Assembly: GCA_964539225.1 (NCBI GenBank)
Contig: CAZIIZ010000001.1
Coordinates: 1 to 35,486, forward strand
Direction: 5' to 3'
Origin: an uncultured Hyphomicrobiales bacterium
Lineage (GTDB): Bacteria > Bacteroidota > Ignavibacteria > Kapaibacteriales > UBA2268
Length of the DNA: 35,486 bases
Shown here: positions 26,017 through 35,486 of the stretch, piece by piece
How positions within the stretch are numbered: the stretch's first letter is position 1
How the letters are laid out: every line of letters begins with the position of its first letter
Program-made: the position numbers and the translations under genes
The notes under the pieces: generated by a model
What the model was told of the DNA's origin: nothing
The model's database searches: none
Seen by the model: only the letters and a program-made list of their open reading frames with translations

Positions 26017-26850
26017 ATGAAAACACTTTTAAGAATGCTGCTACTTTGTATGAGTATCAATGTTGCTTATTCGCAATTCTTTTCTTTACCTTTGCCATAT
26101 TATACCGGATTCGATTCACCAGTTGAAAAATCAGGATGGATGCAATATCGGAAAGGAGTTCAATGCATGGCACAATGGAGTGATAACACTGCATTATATC
26201 ACGGTTATAATGTCGGAGGTGCTCCTACAGATACCGTAATTGATTGGTATGTATCTCCATCGTTTTATTTCTCCAAGTCTGAGAATCATTATTATACAAG
26301 AATATCATTAAAAATAATGACTGATGGATTTAGTACTCCTTTCCCAGATAATTGTGAAATATGGTTTGGTACAAAGGATCAAGATCCATCAGTAGGGGAA
26401 TTTAGATTAATTGGCAACTTATCTTATGTCGCACCTCAATGGCAGTGGATAGATACTACTATGAATTTTCATTTTATTGCTGATAGTGGTTATATAGCTT
26501 TTAGGTATAAAACTATTGGACCTGAGTGGATGGATTACACAATAGATAGTATTAATATAAGTCAAGGGCCAGTATCATCTGTCGAAGAGAAAAATACTCT
26601 TAAGAAAGTCGGCATCAAATTATTGCCTAACGCATTTAATTTTTCGACTATGATTCAATTTGAGCATCCAGTCATAAATGGAGTATTACATATTTACAAT
26701 ATTTCAGGTCAAATAGTAAGAACTATAAGTAATATATCAGGGCAAGAATATCAACTGCTAAGAGATGAATTGCCTAAAGGATTATATTTTATTCAACTAG
26801 TTCAAGGCAAAATTAATATCGCAACAGAATTTTTTGAAATAACTGATTAA
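26017..26850 (+). CDS. Secreted protein of unknown function with T9SS C-terminal sorting domain
   Basis: 277 aa with signal peptide MKTLLRMLLLCMSINVAYSQ. The C-terminal ~75 aa (LLPNAFNFSTMIQFE...HIYNISGQIVRTI...LPKGLYFIQLVQG) match the Por_Secre_tail pattern. Confidence 0.7.
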   Translation: MKTLLRMLLLCMSINVAYSQFFSLPLPYYTGFDSPVEKSGWMQYRKGVQCMAQWSDNTALYHGYNVGGAPTDTVIDWYVSPSFYFSKSENHYYTRISLKIMTDGFSTPFPDNCEIWFGTKDQDPSVGEFRLIGNLSYVAPQWQWIDTTMNFHFIADSGYIAFRYKTIGPEWMDYTIDSINISQGPVSSVEEKNTLKKVGIKLLPNAFNFSTMIQFEHPVINGVLHIYNISGQIVRTISNISGQEYQLLRDELPKGLYFIQLVQGKINIATEFFEITD

Positions 26851-26973
26851 GCAATTTGCAAACGCCTCTATTATTTCAAAGATATGAAATACTTCTCGGA
26901 CTGTAGGTCGCAACTAATTACTAATTATTGCAATTGAACAACAATTTCCCCATTAATTATAAGAAAAAATAAT

Positions 26974-27888
26974 ATGAAAGCAATTATATGTACTAAATAT
27001 GGACCACCCGAAGTTCTAAAGATAGTAGAGGTTGAAAAACCTATTCCCAAAGCTAATGAACTATTGATAAAAATAAAGGCGGTCGCTGTTACATCCGGCG
27101 ATTGCAGAATAAGAGCCTTTAATGCTCCTTTATGGTATCTTAAAATTCCGTATCGTTTATCTTTGGGAATCTTTAAACCTAGGAATCCAATTCAAGGATT
27201 ATGGCTTGCGGGTGTAATTGAGAAGACTGGGGTAAACACAAAGCAATTTGCTATCAATCAGCTAATCTATGCCAGAACTTTAAATTTTAAATTTGGTGCT
27301 AATGCAGAATATATTTGTTTGCCAGAAGACTGTATAATTGGATTAAAGCCTCAAAATCTTACTTTTGAAGAGGCTGTATCTATTCCATTTGGCGGAATAA
27401 CGGCTTTGCATTTTTTAAGGAAAGCAAATATTCAAGAAGGCAAAAGTATATTAATTTATGGAGCATCGGGATCGGTTGGAATTGCTGCTGTCCAATTGAG
27501 CAAATATTTTGGAGCCGAAGTTACTGCTGTGTGTAGCACGGAAAATATTGAATTAGTAAAAAGAAATGGGGCAGACTATGTAATTGACTACAAAAAGCAA
27601 AACATCAATGACCTGGATTCTAAATATAATATTGTATTTGATGCCGTGGGCAAAATAAATAAAACTATTGCCAAAAGACTCATTAAGGAAAATGGGGAAT
27701 ATATTTCCGTAATAACATCCGGTCATGCACAGGGCGGAAGCAAAGAATTAAATTATTTGTCTGAATTAGCAAATGAAAACCATCTTAAACCTGTGATTGA
27801 TAAATGTTTCTCTTTTGAAGAAATTGTTGAAGCTCATAAATATGTCGATATGGGACATAAAAAGGGAAATGTAGTAATAACAATATGA
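26974..27888 (+). CDS. MDR-superfamily NAD(P)-dependent oxidoreductase (quinone-oxidoreductase-like), copy 1
   Basis: 304 aa. N-terminus [34 protein letters not shown], Rossmann motif [29 protein letters not shown]-terminus EAHKYVDMGHKKGNVVITI. Paralog of 32266..33198. Confidence 0.85.
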   Translation: MKAIICTKYGPPEVLKIVEVEKPIPKANELLIKIKAVAVTSGDCRIRAFNAPLWYLKIPYRLSLGIFKPRNPIQGLWLAGVIEKTGVNTKQFAINQLIYARTLNFKFGANAEYICLPEDCIIGLKPQNLTFEEAVSIPFGGITALHFLRKANIQEGKSILIYGASGSVGIAAVQLSKYFGAEVTAVCSTENIELVKRNGADYVIDYKKQNINDLDSKYNIVFDAVGKINKTIAKRLIKENGEYISVITSGHAQGGSKELNYLSELANENHLKPVIDKCFSFEEIVEAHKYVDMGHKKGNVVITI

Positions 27889-27948
27889 GCTTATACTATT
27901 GAGGAATAGTTGAAATGGTGGTATTTTAATAATTATAACAAAGTATAA

Positions 27949-30360
27949 ATGAAAAAAATTAGCTTAATATTATTGCTTAACGCAATATTTATAACAATGG
28001 CTTATAGTCAAAACCTTACGCAAACGGTAAGAGGTACTATTTTCGATGCAGATACCAGATTGCCGTTAGTTAAGGCAAAAGTTGGGGTAGTTGGCTCTAA
28101 TCCTGTCATTGGTATGTTAACCGATACAAATGGTATGTTTAGATTTAAAAATATACCAATAGGGAGAATTTCAATTAAATTATCCTATTTTGGGTATGAA
28201 ACCAAAATAGTTCCAGATATTGTTGTAAATACAGGTAAAGAAGTCGTTTTAGAAATCTTTATGAAGGAATCTATAGTTGAATCAGATGAAGTTGTTGTAA
28301 TGGGAAATCTGAATAAAGGAGATGCACTTAACGATATGGCATTGCTTAGTGCTCGTTCGATTTCAATAGAAGAAACTAAACGCTATGCCGGTACTTGGGA
28401 TGATCCTTCAATGATATTAAGTAATTTTGCAGGAGTATCATCTTCTGGTTTGTCAAATGATATTATTGTCAGAGGCAATTCGCCCAAATATATCCAATGG
28501 CGTTTAGAAGGAGTAGAAATTACAGCTCCAAATCATCAAGCAGATCAAAATTCAACAATCGGAGGATTCAGCTGTCTAAATAATAAATTATTAGCAGCCT
28601 CTGATTTTTTTACCGGATCATTCTCGCCTGAATATGGCGGAGTTCTGTCTGGTATTTACGATTTAAAACTTCGAGCTGGAAACAATGAGAAATTTGAAGC
28701 TATAGTGGGTATTGGTTTAATGGGAACCGACTTTACAATCGAAGGCCCTTTTAAAAAAGGCTATGCCGGTTCATATCTTATGAATTACAGATTTTCTAAC
28801 ATTGGCTTGATTCAAAAACTTGGATTAGTGGGCGATATAGATGGAGTTACGACTACATTTCAAGATGCAAATTTTAAGTTTGTGCTACCAACGGAAAAAA
28901 TCGGAACATTTTCTTTCTTCGGCGTATGGGGACTTGATAATTTATTGATTAAAGACGTAGATCCAACTCTTTGGATAACTCCGGGTGATAACGGAATGAA
29001 ACCAAATTTTACGCAAGATTTCGATAAAAACAACTATATGGCAAACTTAGGAATCAATCATAAATTCGTTATAAATAGCAATAGTTATACTAATATTTCA
29101 TTCACTTACTTAGGCAGAGGATTGAACGACGATGTTTTTGAATCAAGAATAATTGAGCATGATACTGTGGACAGAAAACTAAACTTTAGTAGCGACATCA
29201 AAACTTCCACTTATAAAGGAGTAATAAAATACTTCAACAAAGTTAATACAGAGAACTTAATTCAAATTGGTACAGAATACGCATTACTTAATGAAAATAA
29301 CAATCAAAGTCAACTGGGAAATGATTCAACGAATTCAAGATTTGTTTTAATAAATTATAAGGGCAACATCACTACTTTACAAAATTATATATCTTGGAAA
29401 CATAGTTTCAATAGTGATATAACTTTGGTTACCGGATTACATAATATGAATGTCCTATATAACCATAAAAGCACTATCGAGCCAAGAATTGCAATCAATT
29501 GGAAATTAGATAATTCAAGTTCAATTCATGCAGGATATGGCAAACATTCCACTATGGAGAATCTACACAATTATTTTGCAAGAGTCCTGCTGCCGGATGG
29601 CAATATTGTAGAACCTAACAAAAATCTAGATTTGCTCAAAGCAGATCATTATGTCCTTGGCTATGATAAAAGTATCAGCGAGAATTTGAAAGCAAAAGTA
29701 GAATTATATTATCAATACCTTTACCATTTGCCCGTAGAAAATAATAAAACAAGTTATTATTCGACCATTAACGAAGGTTCTGATTATAAATATGTCCCTT
29801 TAGTTAACCAAGGGATAGGGAACAATTATGGTGTGGAAGCTACTTTAGAACATTTTTTTAGCAATCATTATTATTTTTTGGTTAACGGTTCTGTATTTGA
29901 TTCAAAATATAAATCCTTAGAAGGAATTGAACGCAACACAAAATTCAATACTAATTTCCTGTTTAATCTGTTATTTGGGAAAGAATTTGATAAACTTGGA
30001 GCAAAAGAAAACCAAACTCTAACTTTAAATGCAAAAATATTTATTAGTGGCGGTCAAAGATACATTCCATTGTTGCGTGATGTAAATGGAAATTTAGATG
30101 TTGACCCTAAAAATAATCGATTCTGGGATTATAATAAAGCTTATAATAATAAACTCGATAATATTTACCAATTAAACTTATCTGTAAGCTATAAAATATG
30201 TACCCAAAATATAACACATGAAATATTTCTTGATTTACCCAATATTACTAATAGACGAAGCAGGTTATATGAATATTACGATGAGAATAAACCTAATAAA
30301 ATTGGATATGTAACTCAAATGCAATTTCTACCGAACTTGATGTATCGAGTATATTTTTAA
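27949..30360 (+). CDS. TonB-dependent receptor with N-terminal carboxypeptidase-regulatory-like domain
   Basis: 803 aa with a signal peptide. CarboxypepD_reg-like segment VRGTIFDADTRLPLVKAKVGVVGSNP..TDTNGMFRFKNIPIGRISIKLSYFGYE, then a plug-like region (ISIEETKRYAGTWDDPSMILSNFAGV), a long barrel and C-terminal ..LMYRVYF. Confidence 0.8.
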   Translation: MKKISLILLLNAIFITMAYSQNLTQTVRGTIFDADTRLPLVKAKVGVVGSNPVIGMLTDTNGMFRFKNIPIGRISIKLSYFGYETKIVPDIVVNTGKEVVLEIFMKESIVESDEVVVMGNLNKGDALNDMALLSARSISIEETKRYAGTWDDPSMILSNFAGVSSSGLSNDIIVRGNSPKYIQWRLEGVEITAPNHQADQNSTIGGFSCLNNKLLAASDFFTGSFSPEYGGVLSGIYDLKLRAGNNEKFEAIVGIGLMGTDFTIEGPFKKGYAGSYLMNYRFSNIGLIQKLGLVGDIDGVTTTFQDANFKFVLPTEKIGTFSFFGVWGLDNLLIKDVDPTLWITPGDNGMKPNFTQDFDKNNYMANLGINHKFVINSNSYTNISFTYLGRGLNDDVFESRIIEHDTVDRKLNFSSDIKTSTYKGVIKYFNKVNTENLIQIGTEYALLNENNNQSQLGNDSTNSRFVLINYKGNITTLQNYISWKHSFNSDITLVTGLHNMNVLYNHKSTIEPRIAINWKLDNSSSIHAGYGKHSTMENLHNYFARVLLPDGNIVEPNKNLDLLKADHYVLGYDKSISENLKAKVELYYQYLYHLPVENNKTSYYSTINEGSDYKYVPLVNQGIGNNYGVEATLEHFFSNHYYFLVNGSVFDSKYKSLEGIERNTKFNTNFLFNLLFGKEFDKLGAKENQTLTLNAKIFISGGQRYIPLLRDVNGNLDVDPKNNRFWDYNKAYNNKLDNIYQLNLSVSYKICTQNITHEIFLDLPNITNRRSRLYEYYDENKPNKIGYVTQMQFLPNLMYRVYF

Positions 30361-30378
30361 TTATTTAAAGTGGGGATT

Positions 30379-31002
30379 GTGAAAAAACAAATTATTTGGT
30401 TTGCTTTGTTTCTGATATTGACTGTTGCAAATCTATATTGTCAAACAGGTGAACAAGATTCCACCTCCGGAAAGTTCTATTTGGGAAGTTCGCTAATGAT
30501 GTTAGGAAATTTTGTACCAGAGGATACTAATCCGCCTGATTTTATTCAATTGAGTGTAGGATACCGGATAAATGCAAAAGATATCATTTCCGTAGAAGTT
30601 AAAACGTGGAAATATGCTTGGCCATTAGGAATACCTTATGGGAATTCTTTTCAAGCTCCTGAAGAAAAATACTCGGGATACGTTAGAGCATTCGGCATCG
30701 GTTTGATGTATCAACATTTTTGGTGGAAAGGGGCATACACTTCTATCGAAGCAATGAACATGTTGCAAAAATACATGAGAGAAGACAAAACGCTCATTCA
30801 AAATGGTTATCAACTATTCTTAACTTATCGTATAGGCTACCATTTCCAATTATTTAATAACCGATTCTTTATAGAGCCATCGATAGCAATGACTCATTGG
30901 CCAATCAATACGAATGTTCCTGAATCGTTTACGATAGTAGAGAATAAATGGTCATATTATTTCTTGTTTGAACCTGGTTTAAACTTTGGATTTAAATTTT
31001 AA
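30379..31002 (+). CDS. Hypothetical outer-membrane beta-barrel-like protein
   Basis: Start taken at GTG 30379 (VKKQIIWFALFLILTVANLYCQ signal peptide) after a GGGGA RBS; the track start is GTG 30370. Aromatic-rich alternating segments, C-terminal FEPGLNFGFKF. Confidence 0.5.
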   Translation: MKKQIIWFALFLILTVANLYCQTGEQDSTSGKFYLGSSLMMLGNFVPEDTNPPDFIQLSVGYRINAKDIISVEVKTWKYAWPLGIPYGNSFQAPEEKYSGYVRAFGIGLMYQHFWWKGAYTSIEAMNMLQKYMREDKTLIQNGYQLFLTYRIGYHFQLFNNRFFIEPSIAMTHWPINTNVPESFTIVENKWSYYFLFEPGLNFGFKF

Positions 31003-31023
31003 TACTAAATACAAGAGACAAAT

Positions 31024-31407
31024 ATGAAAAATATTGATATGAAAACGAAGTTATCAACGTTATGGATCGTTGTTATGATAAATATGATATTTGCCGACAT
31101 CTTTTCCATTATAGTTGAGCTTGTCAATAGAAACACTTTAAACTTCCCTGGAGATGTTAAAATAATTATGGCAGTAGCTGCTATCGTTACCAACATTCCT
31201 ATCTTGATGATATATTTTTCGAGAGTATTACGTTATAAATTAAATCGTATGACCAATATTATTGCTGCTTGTTTAACGATAATTTATATTATTGGCGGAG
31301 GCGACACTAATCTTCATTATATTATTATTGCTACCATTGAAGTAATTTGTTTACTTCAAATCATTATAAATTCGTGGAAATGGAGCGACACAGACAATAA
31401 TATTTAA
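31024..31407 (+). CDS. Small polytopic membrane protein (DUF6326-like by recollection)
   Basis: 127 aa with about four hydrophobic helices. The blocks LSTLWIVVMINMIFADIFSI and IPILMIYFSRVLRYKLNRMTNIIA resemble that family as I recall it; not verified. Confidence 0.55.
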   Translation: MKNIDMKTKLSTLWIVVMINMIFADIFSIIVELVNRNTLNFPGDVKIIMAVAAIVTNIPILMIYFSRVLRYKLNRMTNIIAACLTIIYIIGGGDTNLHYIIIATIEVICLLQIIINSWKWSDTDNNI

Positions 31408-31480
31408 CAGATTCGGATTAAATATTAATACTTAATGTATAAGTTGAATTTTTAGAAATTATTAAAAGGAAAAACTCGTA

Positions 31481-32155
31481 ATGAAATATTTATATTTTGC
31501 ATTTGTTCTATTGAATTTTTTGGCAATGTCTTGCACGTCTTTTGTTTATTCGCCAGCATTAAGTCTATCTGAAAGTCAAGTAAGAGGTGGGAAATTTGAA
31601 ATAAAGGGAGGTGTTGCAGGTTTGCCCGAATCAAGCCCAGACAACGTTAACAAGAAAGTATCATTTTGCGTACTTGGCGAGATAGGACTTGGCTTATCTG
31701 ACAATATAAACATAAATATCGGCGGTTTTACAGAACCGTCTGAATTTAATAGAGGTGGGGTTTCTTTCTCATCAAGGATTCGTTTATTCTCGTATGAAAA
31801 ATCAGAAATTTTAACATTTCCCAAAACCGAAATATTATTCGATGGGGGGAGCAGAGGATATGGGCTTGAAATACCTTTTATTTATTTACATTCGTTTTCG
31901 CAAAAGTTTTATTCATACTATGGATTGGGTTTTGCATATGGTTTCGATGGCAACAACAAAAAACAACAAAATAATCAAGGAATTAGTAAATATCGAGAAG
32001 GATATGGTATAATTGGACATATCGGTTTAGGATGGAATTTTGAGAAGAATGTTCGATTAATATTAGAGCTTAATCCTATATATCAAATTAATGTATTTGA
32101 TGACAAGAAGCACTTCTTAATTTCGCCTACGCTAATGGTTGGACTAAGCTTATAG
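31481..32155 (+). CDS. Hypothetical outer-membrane lipoprotein / small beta-barrel
   Basis: 224 aa. Lipobox-like LNFLAMSC, Gly/aromatic-rich alternating strands, AAGGAAAA RBS. Confidence 0.5.
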   Translation: MKYLYFAFVLLNFLAMSCTSFVYSPALSLSESQVRGGKFEIKGGVAGLPESSPDNVNKKVSFCVLGEIGLGLSDNININIGGFTEPSEFNRGGVSFSSRIRLFSYEKSEILTFPKTEILFDGGSRGYGLEIPFIYLHSFSQKFYSYYGLGFAYGFDGNNKKQQNNQGISKYREGYGIIGHIGLGWNFEKNVRLILELNPIYQINVFDDKKHFLISPTLMVGLSL

Positions 32156-32265
32156 ATATGATTGTCAAATAGTAGAAACTCGTCGCTATGATGATCAAGA
32201 ACATAAAAAATAGGATGTAACAATATCATTAGTATAACAAAATATTTTGAAAGAATCTAATTACA

Positions 32266-33198
32266 ATGAAAGCAATTATTTGTACCAAATATGGTCCACC
32301 GGAAGTTCTGAAAATAACTGAAATCGAAAAACCTGTTCCTAAAAGCAATGAAGTTTTAATAAAAATAATTGCTACAACAGTACACATCGGCGATACTAAA
32401 GTTAGGCGTTTAGAACCCGGCATGGGAATTATAAAAGATTTTTTTATGAAAGCCTTTATGAGAATTGCCATTGGATTCTTTGGGCCAAGAAATAAAGTGC
32501 TAGGAATGGAATTTGCCGGAACAATTGATGCTTTGGGGGCAAATGTTACCCTGTTTAAAATCGGCGACCCAGTTTTTGCATCTACAGAATTTAGGATGGG
32601 GGCTTATGCCCAGTATTGCTGTTCCCCTGAAAAGGGATGTATTGCAATAAAGCCAAGCAATATGACATTCGAAGAGGCTGCTCCAATTTCTAATGGAGGA
32701 TTAACAGCGTTAATAAATTTAAGAAAAGCCAATATTCAATCCGGGCAAAAAGTATTGATTTATGGTGCTTCAGGTAGTGTTGGAACTTACGGGATACAAA
32801 TTGCCAAATATTTCGGGGCAGAAGTAACTGGAGTATGCAGTACTGGAAATATAGAATTAGTAAAATCAATAGGTGCAGATAAAGTCATAGATTACACAAA
32901 AGGAGATTTTACTCAAAATAAAAATACTTATGATGTGATTTTTGATGCTGTTGGTAAAATTAAATCTTCGAAGCGTAAAATTGCATTAAAGAAATCCGGT
33001 ATGTTTGTGTCTGTTTTCGATATGTCAGGTAACATCAACTTAAAGGCGACAGATTTAGTATTCTTAAAAGAATTATGCGAAAACGGAAAACTAAAGACGG
33101 TAATAGATAAATACTATCCAATGGAAGAAATTGTTGAAGCACATAGATATGTCGATAAAGGGCATAAAAAAGGACATGTCGTAATAACATTAGAATAG
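32266..33198 (+). CDS. MDR-superfamily NAD(P)-dependent oxidoreductase (quinone-oxidoreductase-like), copy 2
   Basis: 310 aa. The first 16 residues ([16 protein letters not shown]) are identical to copy 1. Rossmann motif [29 protein letters not shown]-terminus [20 protein letters not shown]. Confidence 0.85.
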   Translation: MKAIICTKYGPPEVLKITEIEKPVPKSNEVLIKIIATTVHIGDTKVRRLEPGMGIIKDFFMKAFMRIAIGFFGPRNKVLGMEFAGTIDALGANVTLFKIGDPVFASTEFRMGAYAQYCCSPEKGCIAIKPSNMTFEEAAPISNGGLTALINLRKANIQSGQKVLIYGASGSVGTYGIQIAKYFGAEVTGVCSTGNIELVKSIGADKVIDYTKGDFTQNKNTYDVIFDAVGKIKSSKRKIALKKSGMFVSVFDMSGNINLKATDLVFLKELCENGKLKTVIDKYYPMEEIVEAHRYVDKGHKKGHVVITLE

Positions 33199-33259
33199 CA
33201 ATTAAATTAAACACTTAATCTCAAATATTAACTACCATTCTTGAAAGGATATTATCACA

Positions 33260-33925
33260 ATGAAACTTGAATCAATTAAGACTAAAGGTTTTGCAATTTC
33301 GCTTATTGCATTTCCATTAATGTTGCTCATAGGGTTTTTAATGCATCCTAATCTCCAAAAACTTGAGCCACTCCAAACCGTTGAGCAACTCGTCGGAAGA
33401 TTTCACAATCAACCAATATATCATATTGGACATTTCATCGTAATGTTTGCCGTACCGGTAATAATGATAATTCTGAATAATTTTATGAAAATATTACGAG
33501 GCAGAGGCAAATATTTTGGTTTTTGGGGTGGTATTATCGGTTTATTTGGTGCCTTCATCTTAGCTGTTGATAAAGGAGCTTTATGCTTAGTTCTTTCAGC
33601 ATTTGACACGTTGCCAGAAGCTCAATTTCAACAATTCGTCCCATTTCTTAGCGTTATTGTAAACAAAGCGGGTATGCTTTGGGTAGTATGGCTATTACCA
33701 TTATTACCAATAGGAGCAGCAATTCAGTCAATAGGATTATTCAAAGAAAATTTTATCAGCAAATGGCAAACAATATGTATCGTAACTGGTCTGCTGCTAT
33801 TAAACAATCCCGATATTGAATTAATTAGCTCAGTTGGAGCGTTGCTAATGTGTATCGGATACATTCCATTTGCCATAAAGATATTACGGAGACAAGTGAT
33901 TTTCTCTAAACAGCCTATACTATAA
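33260..33925 (+). CDS. Hypothetical polytopic membrane protein
   Basis: 221 aa with ~6 hydrophobic segments and an AAAGGA RBS. No family recognised. Confidence 0.5.
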   Translation: MKLESIKTKGFAISLIAFPLMLLIGFLMHPNLQKLEPLQTVEQLVGRFHNQPIYHIGHFIVMFAVPVIMIILNNFMKILRGRGKYFGFWGGIIGLFGAFILAVDKGALCLVLSAFDTLPEAQFQQFVPFLSVIVNKAGMLWVVWLLPLLPIGAAIQSIGLFKENFISKWQTICIVTGLLLLNNPDIELISSVGALLMCIGYIPFAIKILRRQVIFSKQPIL

Positions 33926-34039
33926 ACGGAACTATCGACTAAAAAGAATCTGTAATTTGAATACAACTATAAGTAATTAGACTATTTATTAATCTCATCA
34001 AATTGATTAATTTTGTATTTTAAAAATTTAGGAATAGCT

Positions 34040-34954
34040 GTGAAAAATATATATTACAAAGTAGAAACAATTAGCGAACTGCATGAAATAGTGGGTTTTG
34101 AGAAACCTAAGCATCCGCTACTTACAATAATAGATTATTCTGATGTAAATATTAAAAATGCCCCCGAATCCGGTAGTTTTATATGCAGTTTTTATTCTAT
34201 TAATTTTAAAAAGCATTGCGACTTTATTTATGGCAGACAAGCATTTGACCATCAAGAGGGTACTTTACACTGTACTTCTCCAGAACAGATTATTACATTC
34301 AATAGAAAAAAAGAAGCAAATAGTGCAGAAGGTTGGGGCTTATACTTTCATCCTGAATTAATTAGAAATACTGCTTTGGGTAAAAAAATCCATGAATATT
34401 CCTTTTTTTCATACGCAGAAAACGAAGCTTTACATCTTTCTGAGTACGAGAAACAAACGTTACTTTCTATTCTAAAACAAATGCAAAATGAATATAATAC
34501 CAATATGGATCATTATTCTCACGACCTATTAATATCAAACATTGAATTGTTACTAAATTATTGCAAACGCTTTTATGGACGGCAATTTATTACACGAGGC
34601 AATCAGAATAAAGATATACTCATCCGATTTGACGAATTTATAACAAATTATTTCAACTCTAAACAACTGGATAAGCATGGTATTCCCAGCGTCAAATATT
34701 GTGCAGATGCTATGAATCTTTCTCCAAACTACTTTAGCGACCTTTTAAAAACTGAAACAGGCAAAAACACACAGGAACATATTCATTATCATTTATTAGA
34801 AAAAGCGAAATTAATTCTGCTTTGTTCGGATAAAAGCATTAATGAAATTGCCTACGAACTTGGATTTGAATATCCGCAAAATTTTAGCAAATTGTTCAAA
34901 AAGAAAGTTGGAACGACTCCAACTGAATTTCGATGCACTACATTCAACAATTAA
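34040..34954 (+). CDS. AraC-family transcriptional regulator
   Basis: C-terminal double HTH (..YCADAMNLSPNYFSDLLKTETGKNTQEHIHYHLLEKAKLILLCSDKSINEIAYELGFEYPQNFSKLFKKKVGTTPTEFR). The N-terminus ISELHEIVGFEKPKHPLLTIIDYS is typical of the Bacteroidota-type subfamily. There is no in-frame ATG near the 5' end. GTG 34040 follows an AGGAA RBS; the track start is TTG 34013. Confidence 0.85.
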   Translation: MKNIYYKVETISELHEIVGFEKPKHPLLTIIDYSDVNIKNAPESGSFICSFYSINFKKHCDFIYGRQAFDHQEGTLHCTSPEQIITFNRKKEANSAEGWGLYFHPELIRNTALGKKIHEYSFFSYAENEALHLSEYEKQTLLSILKQMQNEYNTNMDHYSHDLLISNIELLLNYCKRFYGRQFITRGNQNKDILIRFDEFITNYFNSKQLDKHGIPSVKYCADAMNLSPNYFSDLLKTETGKNTQEHIHYHLLEKAKLILLCSDKSINEIAYELGFEYPQNFSKLFKKKVGTTPTEFRCTTFNN

Positions 34955-34976
34955 GTATTAAACGAAAGGGAAAAAA

Positions 34977-35405
34977 ATGAAAATCAATGTAAAAAGTATA
35001 TTAACCAGTGGATTGATTTCCGGATTAATAATTAATCTAAGTGGAATCTCAATGGTTCCGGTAGTTGGAAATGAAATGGATTTAGTTCTTGCGAGTCGCG
35101 GACTCCCTCCGTTAAGTAATATGGCAATGTTATACATTAGTATAGTTTCATTTATATTTGGTATAGCTCTTGTCTGGCTGTACGCCGTCGTAAAGAATCA
35201 ATTGGGATCTCGGACAAAAACAGCGGTAATAGTATCAATAATATTCTGGTTTCTAACTTATTTTTTAAGCAATGTATCTTTGGTAGTAGTATATGGATTT
35301 ATGCCCGTTCGCCTAACAGTAATTGGAACTGTCTGGGGATTAGCGGAATTATTATTAGCTGGTGTAGTTGGTTCTAAATTATATAAAGATGCTGTTGAAA
35401 ATTAA
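34977..35405 (+). CDS. Hypothetical small membrane protein
   Basis: 142 aa with four hydrophobic helices and a GAAAGGGA RBS. No family recognised. Confidence 0.5.
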   Translation: MKINVKSILTSGLISGLIINLSGISMVPVVGNEMDLVLASRGLPPLSNMAMLYISIVSFIFGIALVWLYAVVKNQLGSRTKTAVIVSIIFWFLTYFLSNVSLVVVYGFMPVRLTVIGTVWGLAELLLAGVVGSKLYKDAVEN

Positions 35406-35425
35406 ATAATATTTGGAATTATCTT

Positions 35426-35486
35426 ATGAAACTAATAATTATATTGATGATTTTATTAATTCCAAGTGTAGTATTTACACAGGATA
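35426..35486 (+). CDS. 5' end of a secreted protein gene (truncated by window end)
   Basis: ATG 35426 opens MKLIIILMILLIPSVVFTQD.., a typical signal peptide. Only 20 codons are visible. Confidence 0.4.
   Translation, partial: MKLIIILMILLIPSVVFTQD

Noticed and set aside
31005-31824. Minus-strand ORFs 31005-31196, 31452-31634 and 31576-31824, plus 32229-32471 and 33724-33966, overlapping plus-strand genes or their junctions.
   Set aside because: They overlap plus-strand ORFs that have RBS motifs, signal peptides or lipoboxes and membrane-protein character. The antisense translations have no features, and the whole neighbourhood is transcribed on the plus strand.
26974-33198. The block between the two oxidoreductase paralogs as a composite transposon or mobile island.
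   Set aside because: No transposase, integrase, tRNA attachment site or terminal inverted repeats were seen. The flanking repeats are diverged functional paralogs, not IS copies.

Overview
AT-rich chromosomal segment, coded almost entirely on the plus strand, from a T9SS-bearing FCB-group bacterium. Two secreted proteins end in Por/T9SS C-terminal sorting domains. Shine-Dalgarno-like AGGA/GGAG motifs before many starts, plus a genuine methyl-accepting chemotaxis protein, suggest an Ignavibacteriota-like lineage rather than classical Bacteroidia (inference only). I saw no rRNA, tRNA, CRISPR array, transposase, integrase or recognisable defence gene. Left to right: (1) a GC-rich truncated segment at the edge; (2) a decayed copy (promoter plus 5' coding part, multiple in-frame stops) of a PAS-LuxR regulator; (3) a T9SS-secreted M1 aminopeptidase; (4) the intact PAS-LuxR regulator, divergent from a PAS histidine kinase. 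(5) The most unusual part is a ~13.5 kb plus-strand cluster. It encodes a YfiR/DUF4154-like periplasmic protein, a 1410-aa chemoreceptor built from internally duplicated modules with a cysteine-rich PAS insert, and a small PH-like protein. These are followed by a methyltransferase-fold protein with a degenerate SAM motif, three TonB-dependent receptors sharing one N-terminal leader, and a second copy of the small protein. (6) Downstream lie two convergent TPR-sensor histidine kinases, an S41 peptidase and a T9SS cargo protein. (7) Last is an AraC-associated block in which two paralogous MDR oxidoreductase genes bracket a CarboxypepD_reg-type TonB receptor and three small envelope proteins. Despite three kinases, an MCP and four TonB-dependent receptors, the window holds no response regulator, CheA/W/Y/R/B, ECF sigma or anti-sigma factor. 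All product calls rest on motifs read by eye; no database search was run.
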